NCBI GenBank assembly: GCA_026984215.1
Contig: JALSSO010000135.1
Location: 4,584-68,583, forward strand
Source of the DNA: Gammaproteobacteria bacterium
GTDB taxonomy: Bacteria; Pseudomonadota; Gammaproteobacteria; JAJDOJ01
Length of the DNA stretch: 64,000 bases
Direction of reading: 5' to 3'
Part shown: piece after piece, positions 19,800-29,314 of the stretch
Numbering within the stretch: the first letter of the stretch is position 1
Layout: the number at the start of each line of letters is the position of its first letter
Notes under the pieces: generated by a model
The model's input: the letters and a program-made list of their open reading frames with translations, nothing else
The model's database searches: none
What the model was told of the DNA's origin: nothing
Translations under genes and position numbers: made by a program

Positions 19800-20241
19800 C
19801 GTTGCGATCACCTCTTCGTAAGTCCGGGCTCCAGTGGATCGACCAAGCCACGGCGGATCGTATAGGCGACCAACGAGATCGCTGGGCCGCGGGGTCTTCA
19901 CATTCCGACCACCTATCGCAGCCCCTACGAACAGCCGCTATGGGCGCTCACCGCCACACACCATGATCCCATACGACGAGTTCCGGGACAGGGAGGTGTC
20001 TCCCATTCCTACGAGCTGGGCAGACTGCCATGCCGCGCTCCACTGAACCGCTCCACCCACCTGCCCTGACTGGCGCGTCAAACGACCCCCGGGGAAAGAA
20101 AAGGGCTCTCAAGTGCGCATCCTGTGGTCGCAATGGCTGCATTGTGGCGCACTGTTCCTCAGAATCCCACGCGGCGCGAGAGCGGGCCCCGGTGCCTTCG
20201 TCGGCGATCCCGGGCCAGGTGGGGAGTGAATTGGCGGAAGG

Positions 20242-21036
20242 TCAGTAATAGTAGTCGTAACCGTGTCCTTCCGCCGAAGAGCGATTCAGGACCGTCCCCA
20301 CAATGGGAGTCTGCTCCAGGAGTTCCAAGGCCCTCGACAACTGCTGGCGCTTCGTACGGCCGTCCTGGATCACCAACAGGATGGACTCCAAATGAGGGGC
20401 GAATGCCACGGCATCATCGCCCACGAGCACCGGCGGCAAGTCGAAAAGGACGATCCGCGAAGGGTAGCGTTGTTTCAATTCGCGCACGAGATCCAACATT
20501 TGCGGCGAGGAAAGGAGCTCGGAAGAAGCCCGTGTCCCGGACCTGCCGGGCAAGACGACGAAACGCTCCACACCCGTATTCACCAGCACATCGGGGAGTT
20601 CCGCTTCTCCACGCAAACATTCGATGATCCCGGCGCGCGGCTCGAATCCGAGCTTTTGATGTATGCTCGGACGACGCAGATCCGCGTCCACCAGCAGCAC
20701 TGTGTGATCGTATTTCTGAGCGATGCTCAGGGCCAGATTGATCGCGGTGAGCGTTTTGCCTTCCTCCGCCAGCGCGCTCGTGATCCCCAACGTGTTCCAT
20801 TGGTTCTGCCCCAGGCGCTGCATCACCCGCGTGCGCAGCAACTTGTATGCGTCGGTGACGCCCTCGTCGTCCAACGCCGCAATGATCCTCTCGCGCCGCC
20901 ACGCGTCCCAGTCCGGCTCGTGACGCTGCGTCCGCGTGTAGCGGATCGTCTGCAACGGTGGTTCCTTCCTGGCGATGGAACGGCTCCCACCGCGCCCGGA
21001 ACGGGCCATGTCCACTGCTCGCGAGATCTTGTCCAT
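20242..21036 (-). CDS. BY-kinase (polysaccharide co-polymerase tyrosine autokinase, cytoplasmic domain; EpsG/CapB-like)
   Basis: Walker A ALAEEGKT, Walker A' VLLVDADLRRP and Walker B IVLFDLPP are present. A C-terminal Tyr cluster GHGYDYYY is present. The track start is TTG 21048. The first ATG is at 21036. Confidence 0.8.
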   Translation of the reverse strand: MDKISRAVDMARSGRGGSRSIARKEPPLQTIRYTRTQRHEPDWDAWRRERIIAALDDEGVTDAYKLLRTRVMQRLGQNQWNTLGITSALAEEGKTLTAINLALSIAQKYDHTVLLVDADLRRPSIHQKLGFEPRAGIIECLRGEAELPDVLVNTGVERFVVLPGRSGTRASSELLSSPQMLDLVRELKQRYPSRIVLFDLPPVLVGDDAVAFAPHLESILLVIQDGRTKRQQLSRALELLEQTPIVGTVLNRSSAEGHGYDYYY

Positions 21037-21054
21037 ATCGTTCACCAATCGGGT

Positions 21055-22743
21055 TCAGGCCGCCCGGGGCCGTGATTGCGCTCCACGATCCACCTTCGGG
21101 CGGGGCCTCTCCCGCTTCTGTTCGGCCTCGATCGCCGGGATGACCGCCAGCGGCGGTGCGCCGGAAATGCCGCGGACTCCTTCGATCCCACGCACCGTAT
21201 CGTCGAGGTATTCGGCGATTCCCACACTACCGATCCCCGCCATGATCCCCAACATCACACCGAGGATCACGATACCCAGACGATTGGGGCTATCCGGCAG
21301 GGCAGGCACATAGGCGTGATTGAGAATCGTGAAGCGCTCGCCCTTGCTTTGCTGTTCGAGTTCTTCCGCGATCCGCGCATCGAGCAGCTTCGCCTTGATC
21401 TCCGCGTACTTTTTCTTGGCATTGTCGTAATCGCGGGCAAGAATCTTGTAGTCACGTTCCACCAAGGGCGTTTCGAACAGACGCCGCTCGTATTCATCGC
21501 GCTGTTGAAGCAGCTCCCGAAGCTTGTTGCGCTCGGCCTGCAGCTCGTTCCGGGCCGAAGCGAGCTGCGACTGAAGCGTGACGTATTGGGGATTGTCGGG
21601 CGCCGTGGGAGCGGCCTTCTTCCCGGTGGGCACCTGCAGAGTGAACTGGCGCAGGCTCCGTTCCACGGAAGCGATGGACCGTTTCAGACGGACGACGTCC
21701 GGATGATCCGGCGTGTACTTGGACAGGGCCTGGTCCAGCTTCGAGTGGAGCTCCTGGAGGTCGTTCACGAGCTTCGCGGTTGCCTCGAGCTGATGATTCT
21801 CGCCGCTCAGCAGCTGGATCTCCCTGCGAACCCGCTTCACATCCGGGTGCTCCTGTGAGTACCGGGAGGAAAGCTGGAGGTACTCGGTGGTGAGGGCGCT
21901 GAGCCGTTCTTCCGGGGAGAGAACCCGCTCACCGCGTTCGTTGACCACCGCCCGATACGGGTCGGTGAGCGACAATTCCATGCTCAACGTCCTGATCTGG
22001 TCCTGCAGACTGCGAATACGCTCCTGGGCCCGATCGATCTCTGTCTCCGTGCGCTCGTAAAGGCGCTGGTTCACGCTCATGAGTTCCGGCAGGCTGTCGC
22101 GGCGCTCCTGCTTGAATTTGGCCAGCTTGGCCTCGAGTTCAGTGATCTCCGCGTTCAGGTCCTTGGCCTGCTGTTCCAGGAATGCCCTCACCTCGGCCGC
22201 CTTACGGGCGCGGTCCGCCTTGTTCTCCTCGAGGAACAAACCCGCGAGGGCCTCCGTGACGTCCCTCGACTTCACCGGATCCGGATACCCGAACGACACC
22301 GTGAAAGCAATGGTTGCCAGGCCGATGGACGACTTGTCTGGAGAAGCCGTCTTCACGGAGACCATCTCCACATCTACCGAGTCCTTGAACTCGGACAAGA
22401 GCTGCTGGTCATCAACGCCTTTGGCACGCTCTTCAGGATAGAGATCGTATTTCTTTATGAGCCCCAATAGACGGTCACGGGTCATGATCTGCTCGGAAAG
22501 ACCCTTGATCCGCTCCTGGACATAGCCTTGCACGGTGCTGGAAACGACGTCCGGTGGAATCTCCTGGCGCTCGATCATGATCGTCGCCTCGGAACGGTAT
22601 TCCGGTGGCAGGAGATAAGCCAGTGCAACCGAGACACCCACAACGATGAAGAAAGGGATCAGAAAATGCCACTTTCTACGACGAAGGGCGCGAAAATATT
22701 CTCCAATGTCCACCCCGACCCCGTGTTTCAATGCGCCTTCCAT
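21055..22743 (-). CDS. polysaccharide chain-length determinant (Wzz/Wzc periplasmic-domain protein, GumC/EpsF-like)
   Basis: N-terminal TM (WHFLIPFFIVVGVSVALAYLL). A long coiled-coil periplasmic domain follows. C-terminal TM (LGIVILGVMLGIMAGIGSV). ATG 22743 with a GGGAGAG RBS. It sits directly upstream of the BY-kinase, i.e. a split Wzc. Confidence 0.8.
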   Translation of the reverse strand: MEGALKHGVGVDIGEYFRALRRRKWHFLIPFFIVVGVSVALAYLLPPEYRSEATIMIERQEIPPDVVSSTVQGYVQERIKGLSEQIMTRDRLLGLIKKYDLYPEERAKGVDDQQLLSEFKDSVDVEMVSVKTASPDKSSIGLATIAFTVSFGYPDPVKSRDVTEALAGLFLEENKADRARKAAEVRAFLEQQAKDLNAEITELEAKLAKFKQERRDSLPELMSVNQRLYERTETEIDRAQERIRSLQDQIRTLSMELSLTDPYRAVVNERGERVLSPEERLSALTTEYLQLSSRYSQEHPDVKRVRREIQLLSGENHQLEATAKLVNDLQELHSKLDQALSKYTPDHPDVVRLKRSIASVERSLRQFTLQVPTGKKAAPTAPDNPQYVTLQSQLASARNELQAERNKLRELLQQRDEYERRLFETPLVERDYKILARDYDNAKKKYAEIKAKLLDARIAEELEQQSKGERFTILNHAYVPALPDSPNRLGIVILGVMLGIMAGIGSVGIAEYLDDTVRGIEGVRGISGAPPLAVIPAIEAEQKRERPRPKVDRGAQSRPRAA

Positions 22744-22759
22744 CGCCTACTCTCCCGGT

Positions 22760-24007
22760 TCATAAATTGTCCAGCACTTGCAGCCGCGACCACCTCAGAT
22801 TCAGAAACACCGCATGGCTGTCGGCCGTCTCGTCCAGATCCTTGCGATCCTGCCAACGGTAACGGTAGTAGAGCTCCACGCTGAGGTCCGGGCTCCACTG
22901 GTAGCTCACCGTGGGCCGGATCTCGAAATACCTCCGGTTGGAGCGGCTGGGCTCGCCGCTGAGCCGCTCGGTATCGAACCAGCGCACCTGCAATCCGGTG
23001 CCCCAGCGCTCGCCCAGGGCGTAGAACACCTTCCCCCGCACCTGATCGGTATTCACGAGTGTCGCCGTACCCGAGGGATACAGCCGGTGCTCATACTTCA
23101 ACGTGTACCGCAGACGGCTCAGCCGCTGCCGCACCCCGATCTCGCCGACGAACCCGTTGTTGGATTTGTCGCGACCATTGATGGTGGCCTGCGTTCTCCG
23201 CGCGCCGGCGGAGGCGAACAGCGTGGTGATCTCGGACATCCGGCGCGTGTAATTGGCGAGAATCTCGTAGTTGTCGGCGCTTCGGTCCTGCTCCGAATCA
23301 TAGAAAGTCACGATACCCCGGAGCCCGACCGCGTCCCGCGGGGAAAGCCGATAGCGGTAAGACGCCTGAACGCGGTGCTCCCAGTAGTCGGCCAGATTGA
23401 CCCCCTCTGGCACGTCTTCGAACAGGCCGGCCCGAAACCCGTACCCCACCCCCACCGTGCTCCGGTCGCTCCACCGATAGGAGAAGGGAAGGTCCAGGCG
23501 CAGGCGATTACGCCGCACGTCTTGCTGTACCAAGGCGTCGTCCACGGACCCGCCGGGATCCAGCCCCGGGTCCCCGGGGTCCGTGATCACAGAGATGTTG
23601 CGGAATACCGTGTCGCGCCTCCAGTTGAGCCGGGGTCCGACCGAGGCGCGGTCCCACTCGTACCGCGCCCGCAGATCGAGCAGCTCGTTGTCACGGTTCT
23701 TGAGCCGTCTCGTATCCCCCGTGAATCCGAGATACTCGACGCGTCCGATCCCCTGGATCCGATACCGTTCGGTGGCGCGTGCCAGGGAGAGTCCACCGGC
23801 GATCCGGCCCACGCCGACGCCTGCGGGATCCTCGGCGAAGAGCTGCCGGTTGGTTTCGTATCCCCCGGTGAGGGCCACCTCGGGACGCATCTCCCACGAT
23901 GCACCAAACGCCGGCGTGGAGCCGGCAGCGACGGCCGCGAGCCCCATCGACAGCCATGCCCGCGCTGCCGCGGGGAATCCCGATGGAGGGAAGAAACGTC
24001 TTCTCAC
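22760..24007 (-). CDS. putative outer membrane beta-barrel protein of the EPS locus (EpsL-like)
   Basis: Signal peptide (RRRFFPPSGFPAAARAWLSMGLAAVAAGSTPAFGA). The body has alternating hydrophobic residues and is rich in Y/R/W beta-strands. It ends in an aromatic residue. GTG 24007 has an AGGA RBS. Confidence 0.55.
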   Translation of the reverse strand: MRRRFFPPSGFPAAARAWLSMGLAAVAAGSTPAFGASWEMRPEVALTGGYETNRQLFAEDPAGVGVGRIAGGLSLARATERYRIQGIGRVEYLGFTGDTRRLKNRDNELLDLRARYEWDRASVGPRLNWRRDTVFRNISVITDPGDPGLDPGGSVDDALVQQDVRRNRLRLDLPFSYRWSDRSTVGVGYGFRAGLFEDVPEGVNLADYWEHRVQASYRYRLSPRDAVGLRGIVTFYDSEQDRSADNYEILANYTRRMSEITTLFASAGARRTQATINGRDKSNNGFVGEIGVRQRLSRLRYTLKYEHRLYPSGTATLVNTDQVRGKVFYALGERWGTGLQVRWFDTERLSGEPSRSNRRYFEIRPTVSYQWSPDLSVELYYRYRWQDRKDLDETADSHAVFLNLRWSRLQVLDNL

Positions 24008-24188
24008 GAGAAATTCCTGGCCATGGCGATGACGTGGGATGCAGGGAGCGAGCCGACACAATTCTATCATCCTGCCTGCCGACAAATGAGGCACGGGTCA
24101 AACAACAACACCCTCCTGCTGCATCGGACCGCTCCCTTGCGGTATGTTCCCCGCTCCGCACACGGTTCCGCAGATCGCGACACGACCC

Positions 24189-25196
24189 ATGAAGATCCTG
24201 ATCACGGGTGCTGCCGGCTTCATCGGCTCGGCCCTGGCCCTACGGCTTTTGGCGCGCGGCGACGAGGTCGTCGGGATCGACAACCTCAACGACTACTACG
24301 ACCCCGGGCTTAAGCGCGCTCGGCTGGAGCGGACCCGGGCCTATGACGGCTTCACCGACGTGCGCGCCAGCCTGGAGGACCGCGCGGCCATGGAACGGGT
24401 CTTTCGCGAACACGAGCCGCAGCGCGTGGTGAACCTGGCCGCTCAGGCGGGCGTGCGTTACTCCCTCGAAAACCCGCATGCCTACGTGGACAGCAATCTG
24501 GTCGGCTTCCTACACGTGCTGGAGGGATGCCGGCACACGGGGGTGGAACATCTGGTCTTCGCCTCCAGCAGTTCGGTGTACGGAGCCAACACCCGCATGC
24601 CCTTCTCCGTCCACCACAACGTGGACCACCCGCTGAGCCTCTACGCGGCCACCAAAAAGGCCAATGAGCTCATGGCCCACACCTATGCGCATCTCTACGG
24701 ACTGCCGGTCACGGGACTGCGTTTCTTCACCGTCTACGGCCCGTGGGGCCGCCCCGACATGGCGCTGTTCAAGTTCACCCGGGCGATCCTGGCCGACGAG
24801 CCCATCGAGGTGTTCAACTACGGCCGCCACCGGCGCGACTTCACCTACATCGACGACATCGTCGAAGGCGTGATCCGCACCCTGGACCACGTGGCCGAGC
24901 CGAATCCCGAATGGAGCGGACAGGCCCCCGACCCCGGCACCAGCACCGCCCCCTACCGCCTCTACAACATCGGCAACCAACATCCCGTGGAGCTCGGGCG
25001 CTACATCGAGGTACTGGAGCAAGCCCTGGGCAAGCAGGCCCGCAAGAACCTGCTGCCCCTGCAGCCCGGCGACGTCCCCGACACCTACGCGGATGTGGCG
25101 GACCTGGTCCGCGACGTCGGTTACCGCCCGCAGACGCCGGTGGAAGTGGGCGTGCGCCGGTTCGTGGCGTGGTACCGGGACTACTACGGCGTCTGA
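24189..25196 (+). CDS. NAD-dependent UDP-glucuronate 4-epimerase (CapI/Cap1J-like SDR)
   Basis: [21 protein letters not shown] Rossmann motif. An SSSSVYG...YAATK catalytic YxxxK is present. ATG 24189. Confidence 0.8.
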   Translation: MKILITGAAGFIGSALALRLLARGDEVVGIDNLNDYYDPGLKRARLERTRAYDGFTDVRASLEDRAAMERVFREHEPQRVVNLAAQAGVRYSLENPHAYVDSNLVGFLHVLEGCRHTGVEHLVFASSSSVYGANTRMPFSVHHNVDHPLSLYAATKKANELMAHTYAHLYGLPVTGLRFFTVYGPWGRPDMALFKFTRAILADEPIEVFNYGRHRRDFTYIDDIVEGVIRTLDHVAEPNPEWSGQAPDPGTSTAPYRLYNIGNQHPVELGRYIEVLEQALGKQARKNLLPLQPGDVPDTYADVADLVRDVGYRPQTPVEVGVRRFVAWYRDYYGV

Positions 25197-25221
25197 AACG
25201 CGCGCCGCCCGCCCTGGGCGG

Positions 25222-25655
25222 CTAGCCTCGCAACGGCGCGGTCCGACCGGTGTCCAGCCAGCACAGGTAGTCGTCGAGGATCAGCCGGTGGTCGAAGGCG
25301 AGCCGCAGGTCGCAGGCGCGCGCCTCGGCCAAGCGCACCGCCCGGGCGTCGTCGGCGGCCCGTGGGACGCCCTCGGCGTCGGCCACATACACCGCGCTCA
25401 CCGTATGACCCCGCGGGTCGCGCGCGGGGTCGGAGTACAACCCCAGGAGGCAGACCAGGCGCACGGCCAATCCCGTCTCCTCGGCCGCCTCGCGCACCGC
25501 CGCCGCCTCCACCCGCTCGCCCACGTCCACGAAGCCGCCCGGCAACGCCCAGCCATACGGCGGGTTGCGGCGCTCGATGAGCACCACCTCGGTGGCTGGA
25601 CGGCCGGCCAGCCGGATGACCGTGTCCACGGTGAGCAGGGGCGTGACCGGCCGCA

Positions 25656-25656
<1 letters not shown>
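25222..25656 (-). CDS. NUDIX hydrolase
   Basis: Nudix box GGFVDVGERVEAAAVREAAEETGL. Confidence 0.8.
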
Positions 25657-26035
<379 letters not shown>

Positions 26036-26039
<4 letters not shown>

Positions 26040-26476
26040 CCCGCCGGCCATTCCAGCAGGTGGTGCAGGGGCGAGCCGGCCCGTCCCTCGGGCACCGCCA
26101 GGCCCCGCACCGAGATCCCCGCCGCGACCACCGTCTCGGCCCGACCCGTGCGCAGCGGGTGCCAGTCCGGCAGCCCACGACCTTCGGCCAGCCGCCGGTA
26201 GGCACAGGTGGGCGGCAACCAGCGCGCGTCGCGCGCCAGCACCTCGGGCGTCAGCGGCAGGCAGTCGGGCACCCGCTGGTGGCGATGGGCATAGTCGGTG
26301 CAACGGCAACTGTCCAGATCCAACAGGCGGCAGGCGATGTTGGTGTAATGGATCCGGCCGCTGCGGGGATCCTCGATCTTGTGCAGGCAGCAGCGCCCGC
26401 AACCGTCGCACAGCGCCTCCCACTCCTCGGTGTCGAGGGCTTCCAGCGCGTAGCGCTCCCAGAAGCGGGCCCTCAC
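26036..26476 (-). CDS. ycgN: YcgN/UPF0260 family Fe-S (CxxCxxCC) protein
   Basis: EEWEALCDGCGRCCLHKIED...TNIACRLLDLDSCRCTDY...[23 protein letters not shown] closely matches E. coli YcgN. GTG 26476 has a perfect AGGAGG RBS. It is coupled to the htpG stop. Confidence 0.8.
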
Positions 26477-28413
26477 GAAGCCTCCTGGGTGGAATCGGCG
26501 GGCGCCTCGCCGCCACGCTCGCCCGACAGGGCCAGCATCAGATCGTTGAGCCGGGTGACGAAGCCGCCGGGGTCCTCCAGTTGGCCGCCCTCGGCGAGCA
26601 CCGCCTGCTCGAACAACAGGCGCGCCCACTCGGCGAACCGTGTCTGGTCCTCTTCTTCGGCCAGGCGCCGGACCAGCGGGTGCTCCGGATTGACCTCCAG
26701 CACCGGCTTGCCGGCTGGGACCTCATGGCCCGCCCGGCGCAACAGGTGCTGCATATACAGGGCCATCTCGTGCTCGCCCAACACGATGCAGGCGGGCGAG
26801 CGGCGCAGCCGGCGCGAGACGCGCACCGCGCTCACTTCCTGTTCCAACACCTTGGCGATCCGCTCGACCAGATCCCGGTGGGCCGACTCGGCCTCGTCCC
26901 GGCTATCGGCTTCCCCGGCGCCCGACTCGCCCAGCTCCGAGAGGTCGATCTCACCCTTGGCCACGGAGCGCAGCGGCTTGCCGTCGAACTCGGTCAGATG
27001 CGCCATGAGCCACTCGTCCACCCGGTCATAGAGGAGCAGCACCTCCACGCCCTTTTCCCGGAACAGCTCCAGGTGCGGGCTGTTACGGGCCGCCGCGAAG
27101 CTGTCGGCCGTGAGATAGTAGATGGCCTTCTGGCCTTCCCGCATGCGCGCGACGTAGTCGGCCAGGGAGACGGTCTGGGCGGGCTGGTCCGTGTGGGTGG
27201 AGGCGAAACGCAGCAGGCGGGCGATGCGTTCGCGATGGGCGAAGTCCTCCGCCGGGCCTTCCTTGATCACCCGGCCGAACTCGTCCCAGAACCGCTGGTA
27301 GGTCTCGGGCTCCTGATCGGCCAGCGCCTCCAGCCGGTCGAGGACGCGACGCGTAAGGCCGGCGCGGATCTGGTCGATGAGGCGGTTGTTCTGGAGCATC
27401 TCGCGCGAGACGTTCAGCGGCAGGTCCGCCGAGTCCACCACCCCCCGCAGGAAACGCAGGTAGCGCGGCACCAGATGCTCGGTGTCGTCGGCGATGAACA
27501 CCCGCTGCACGTAGAGCTTCACCCCGTGGACATGCTCGCGGTCCCAGAGGTCGAAGGGCGCCTCGGGCGGCACGTAGAGCAGGGCTGCGTATTCGAGCTT
27601 GCCCTCGACGCGGGCATGCACCCAGGCCAGCGGATCCTCGGTGTCGTGGGCGATGTAGCGATAGAACTCCTTGTATTCCTCCTCGCTCACCTGCGCGCGC
27701 GGCTTGGCCCAGATGGCCTCGGCCTTGTTCACCTGCTCCCATTGCTCGCTCGGCTTGCCGCCCTCCAGCTTGCGCATGCGCACCGGCCAGGGGATGTAGT
27801 CCGAATACTTGTGGATGAGCTCGCGCAGGCGCCAGTGATCGGCGAAACCGCTCTCCCCTTCGCGCAGATGCAGGACCACTTCGGTGCCCCGGCGTGGGAC
27901 GGACAAGGTCTCGATCTCGAAGGCCCCCTGCCCGTCCGAGCTCCAGCGCACGCCTTCCTCGGCGGGGCGCCCCGCGCGACGCGTGGTCAGCGTCACCCGC
28001 TCGGCCACGATGAAGGCCGAGTAGAAACCCACCCCGAACTGACCGATGAGATGGGCGTCCTTGGCCGCGTCTCCGGTCAGCGCCTCCAGGAACTGCTTGG
28101 TCCCGGAGCGGGCGATGGTGCCGATGTTCTCGGCCACCTCGCCGCGGGTCATCCCGATGCCGTTGTCGCGCACCGTGATGGTGCGCGCCTCGCGGTCGTA
28201 GTCCACTTCGATGTGCAGGTCCTGGTCGTCCTCGTAGAGGCCGGCATCGGCCAGGGCTTCGAAGCGCAGTTTGTCGCAGGCATCGGCCGCGTTGGAGATG
28301 AGCTCGCGCAGGAAGATCTCACGATTGGAGTACAGCGCGTGGATCATGAGGTGCAGCAACTGCTTCACCTCGGCCTGGAACTGCAGGGTCTCCTTGCGGG
28401 CCTGTTCCGTCAT
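26473..28413 (-). CDS. htpG: molecular chaperone HtpG (Hsp90)
   Basis: MTEQARKETLQFQAEVKQLLHLMIHALYSNREIFLRELISNAADA... is a GHKL ATPase N-terminus. ATG 28413 with a GAGGAGGA RBS. Confidence 0.95.
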   Translation of the reverse strand: MTEQARKETLQFQAEVKQLLHLMIHALYSNREIFLRELISNAADACDKLRFEALADAGLYEDDQDLHIEVDYDREARTITVRDNGIGMTRGEVAENIGTIARSGTKQFLEALTGDAAKDAHLIGQFGVGFYSAFIVAERVTLTTRRAGRPAEEGVRWSSDGQGAFEIETLSVPRRGTEVVLHLREGESGFADHWRLRELIHKYSDYIPWPVRMRKLEGGKPSEQWEQVNKAEAIWAKPRAQVSEEEYKEFYRYIAHDTEDPLAWVHARVEGKLEYAALLYVPPEAPFDLWDREHVHGVKLYVQRVFIADDTEHLVPRYLRFLRGVVDSADLPLNVSREMLQNNRLIDQIRAGLTRRVLDRLEALADQEPETYQRFWDEFGRVIKEGPAEDFAHRERIARLLRFASTHTDQPAQTVSLADYVARMREGQKAIYYLTADSFAAARNSPHLELFREKGVEVLLLYDRVDEWLMAHLTEFDGKPLRSVAKGEIDLSELGESGAGEADSRDEAESAHRDLVERIAKVLEQEVSAVRVSRRLRRSPACIVLGEHEMALYMQHLLRRAGHEVPAGKPVLEVNPEHPLVRRLAEEEDQTRFAEWARLLFEQAVLAEGGQLEDPGGFVTRLNDLMLALSGERGGEAPADSTQEAS

Positions 28414-28457
28414 GCCGGAATCCTCCTCGAACGACGGCCGCAACGGCGGCCGCGATG

Positions 28458-28513
28458 CATCCACCACAAAACCGATTTTACCGTGGCGCCGGGCGCGACG
28501 GATTTCAAGGGCC
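28458..28513 (-). promoter_or_regulatory. putative sigma-32 (RpoH) heat-shock promoter for htpG
   Basis: The minus strand reads CCCTTGAAA-N16-CCACGGTAA, about 45 nt upstream of the htpG ATG. This resembles the sigma-32 consensus CCCTTGAA...CCCCATNT. The -10 match is partial. Confidence 0.4.
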
Positions 28514-28546
28514 GAGTCCACGTCGCCACCCCGGTATACTCGCGCG

Positions 28547-29314
28547 ATGCGCTGGATCCGCCTCGTCTTCCGCCTGCCGCCGGTCCTGGGGCTGGTACTG
28601 CTCGGCCTGCTCGTGGCCGCCTTGCGGCTGCGTCGGCCGCGCGGCACGCCGCCGGACGCCGGCCAACAGGCGTGGGTACGGCGTTGGCTCGGCTGGGCCG
28701 CCCGCCTGCTCGGCGTGCGCCTCAGGGTGTCGGGCAGACCCGAGCCGGGTCCGGTGCTGGTGGTCGCCAATCACATCTCGTGGCTGGACATCGTGGTGCT
28801 GGGCGCCGCCCGGCCGGCGGTGTTCGTGGCCAAGGCGGAGATCCGCCGCTGGCCCGTGCTCGGGTGGCTCTCGGCCGCCGCCGGCACGCTGTTCATCCGG
28901 CGCGGTGGCAAGCATGCCGCCGAGGGCGTGGCCCAGGCCATGCGCGAGACCCTGCGGGCCGGCGTCACGGTGGCCGTCTTCCCCGAAGGCACCACCACCG
29001 ACGGGCGCCAGGTACGCCGCTTCCATCCGCGCCTGTTGGCTGCGGCGCAGGACGCCGGCGTGCCCGTCCAGCCGGTGGCCCTCACCTATCCCCATGAACG
29101 CGGCGTGCATCCGGCGGTCCCATTCACCGGCGACGACACCTTCCTGCGCAGCGCGCTGCGCATCCTCGGCGCCAGGGGGATCGTCGCCGAACTGCGCTTC
29201 TGCCCGGCGCTGGCCCCCCGGGAGGATCGCCGCCGCCTCGCCCAGGAAGCGTACGACTGTATCGCCCGGGTCGTACGGGCGCGTCACCACCCCGATGGAG
29301 GAGCATCGGCATGA
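28547..29314 (+). CDS. plsC: lysophospholipid/1-acyl-sn-glycerol-3-phosphate acyltransferase family protein
   Basis: NHISWLD (HX4D) and FPEGTTT motifs. An N-terminal membrane anchor is present. ATG 28547 lies inside the longer track ORF. Confidence 0.8.
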   Translation: MRWIRLVFRLPPVLGLVLLGLLVAALRLRRPRGTPPDAGQQAWVRRWLGWAARLLGVRLRVSGRPEPGPVLVVANHISWLDIVVLGAARPAVFVAKAEIRRWPVLGWLSAAAGTLFIRRGGKHAAEGVAQAMRETLRAGVTVAVFPEGTTTDGRQVRRFHPRLLAAAQDAGVPVQPVALTYPHERGVHPAVPFTGDDTFLRSALRILGARGIVAELRFCPALAPREDRRRLAQEAYDCIARVVRARHHPDGGASA

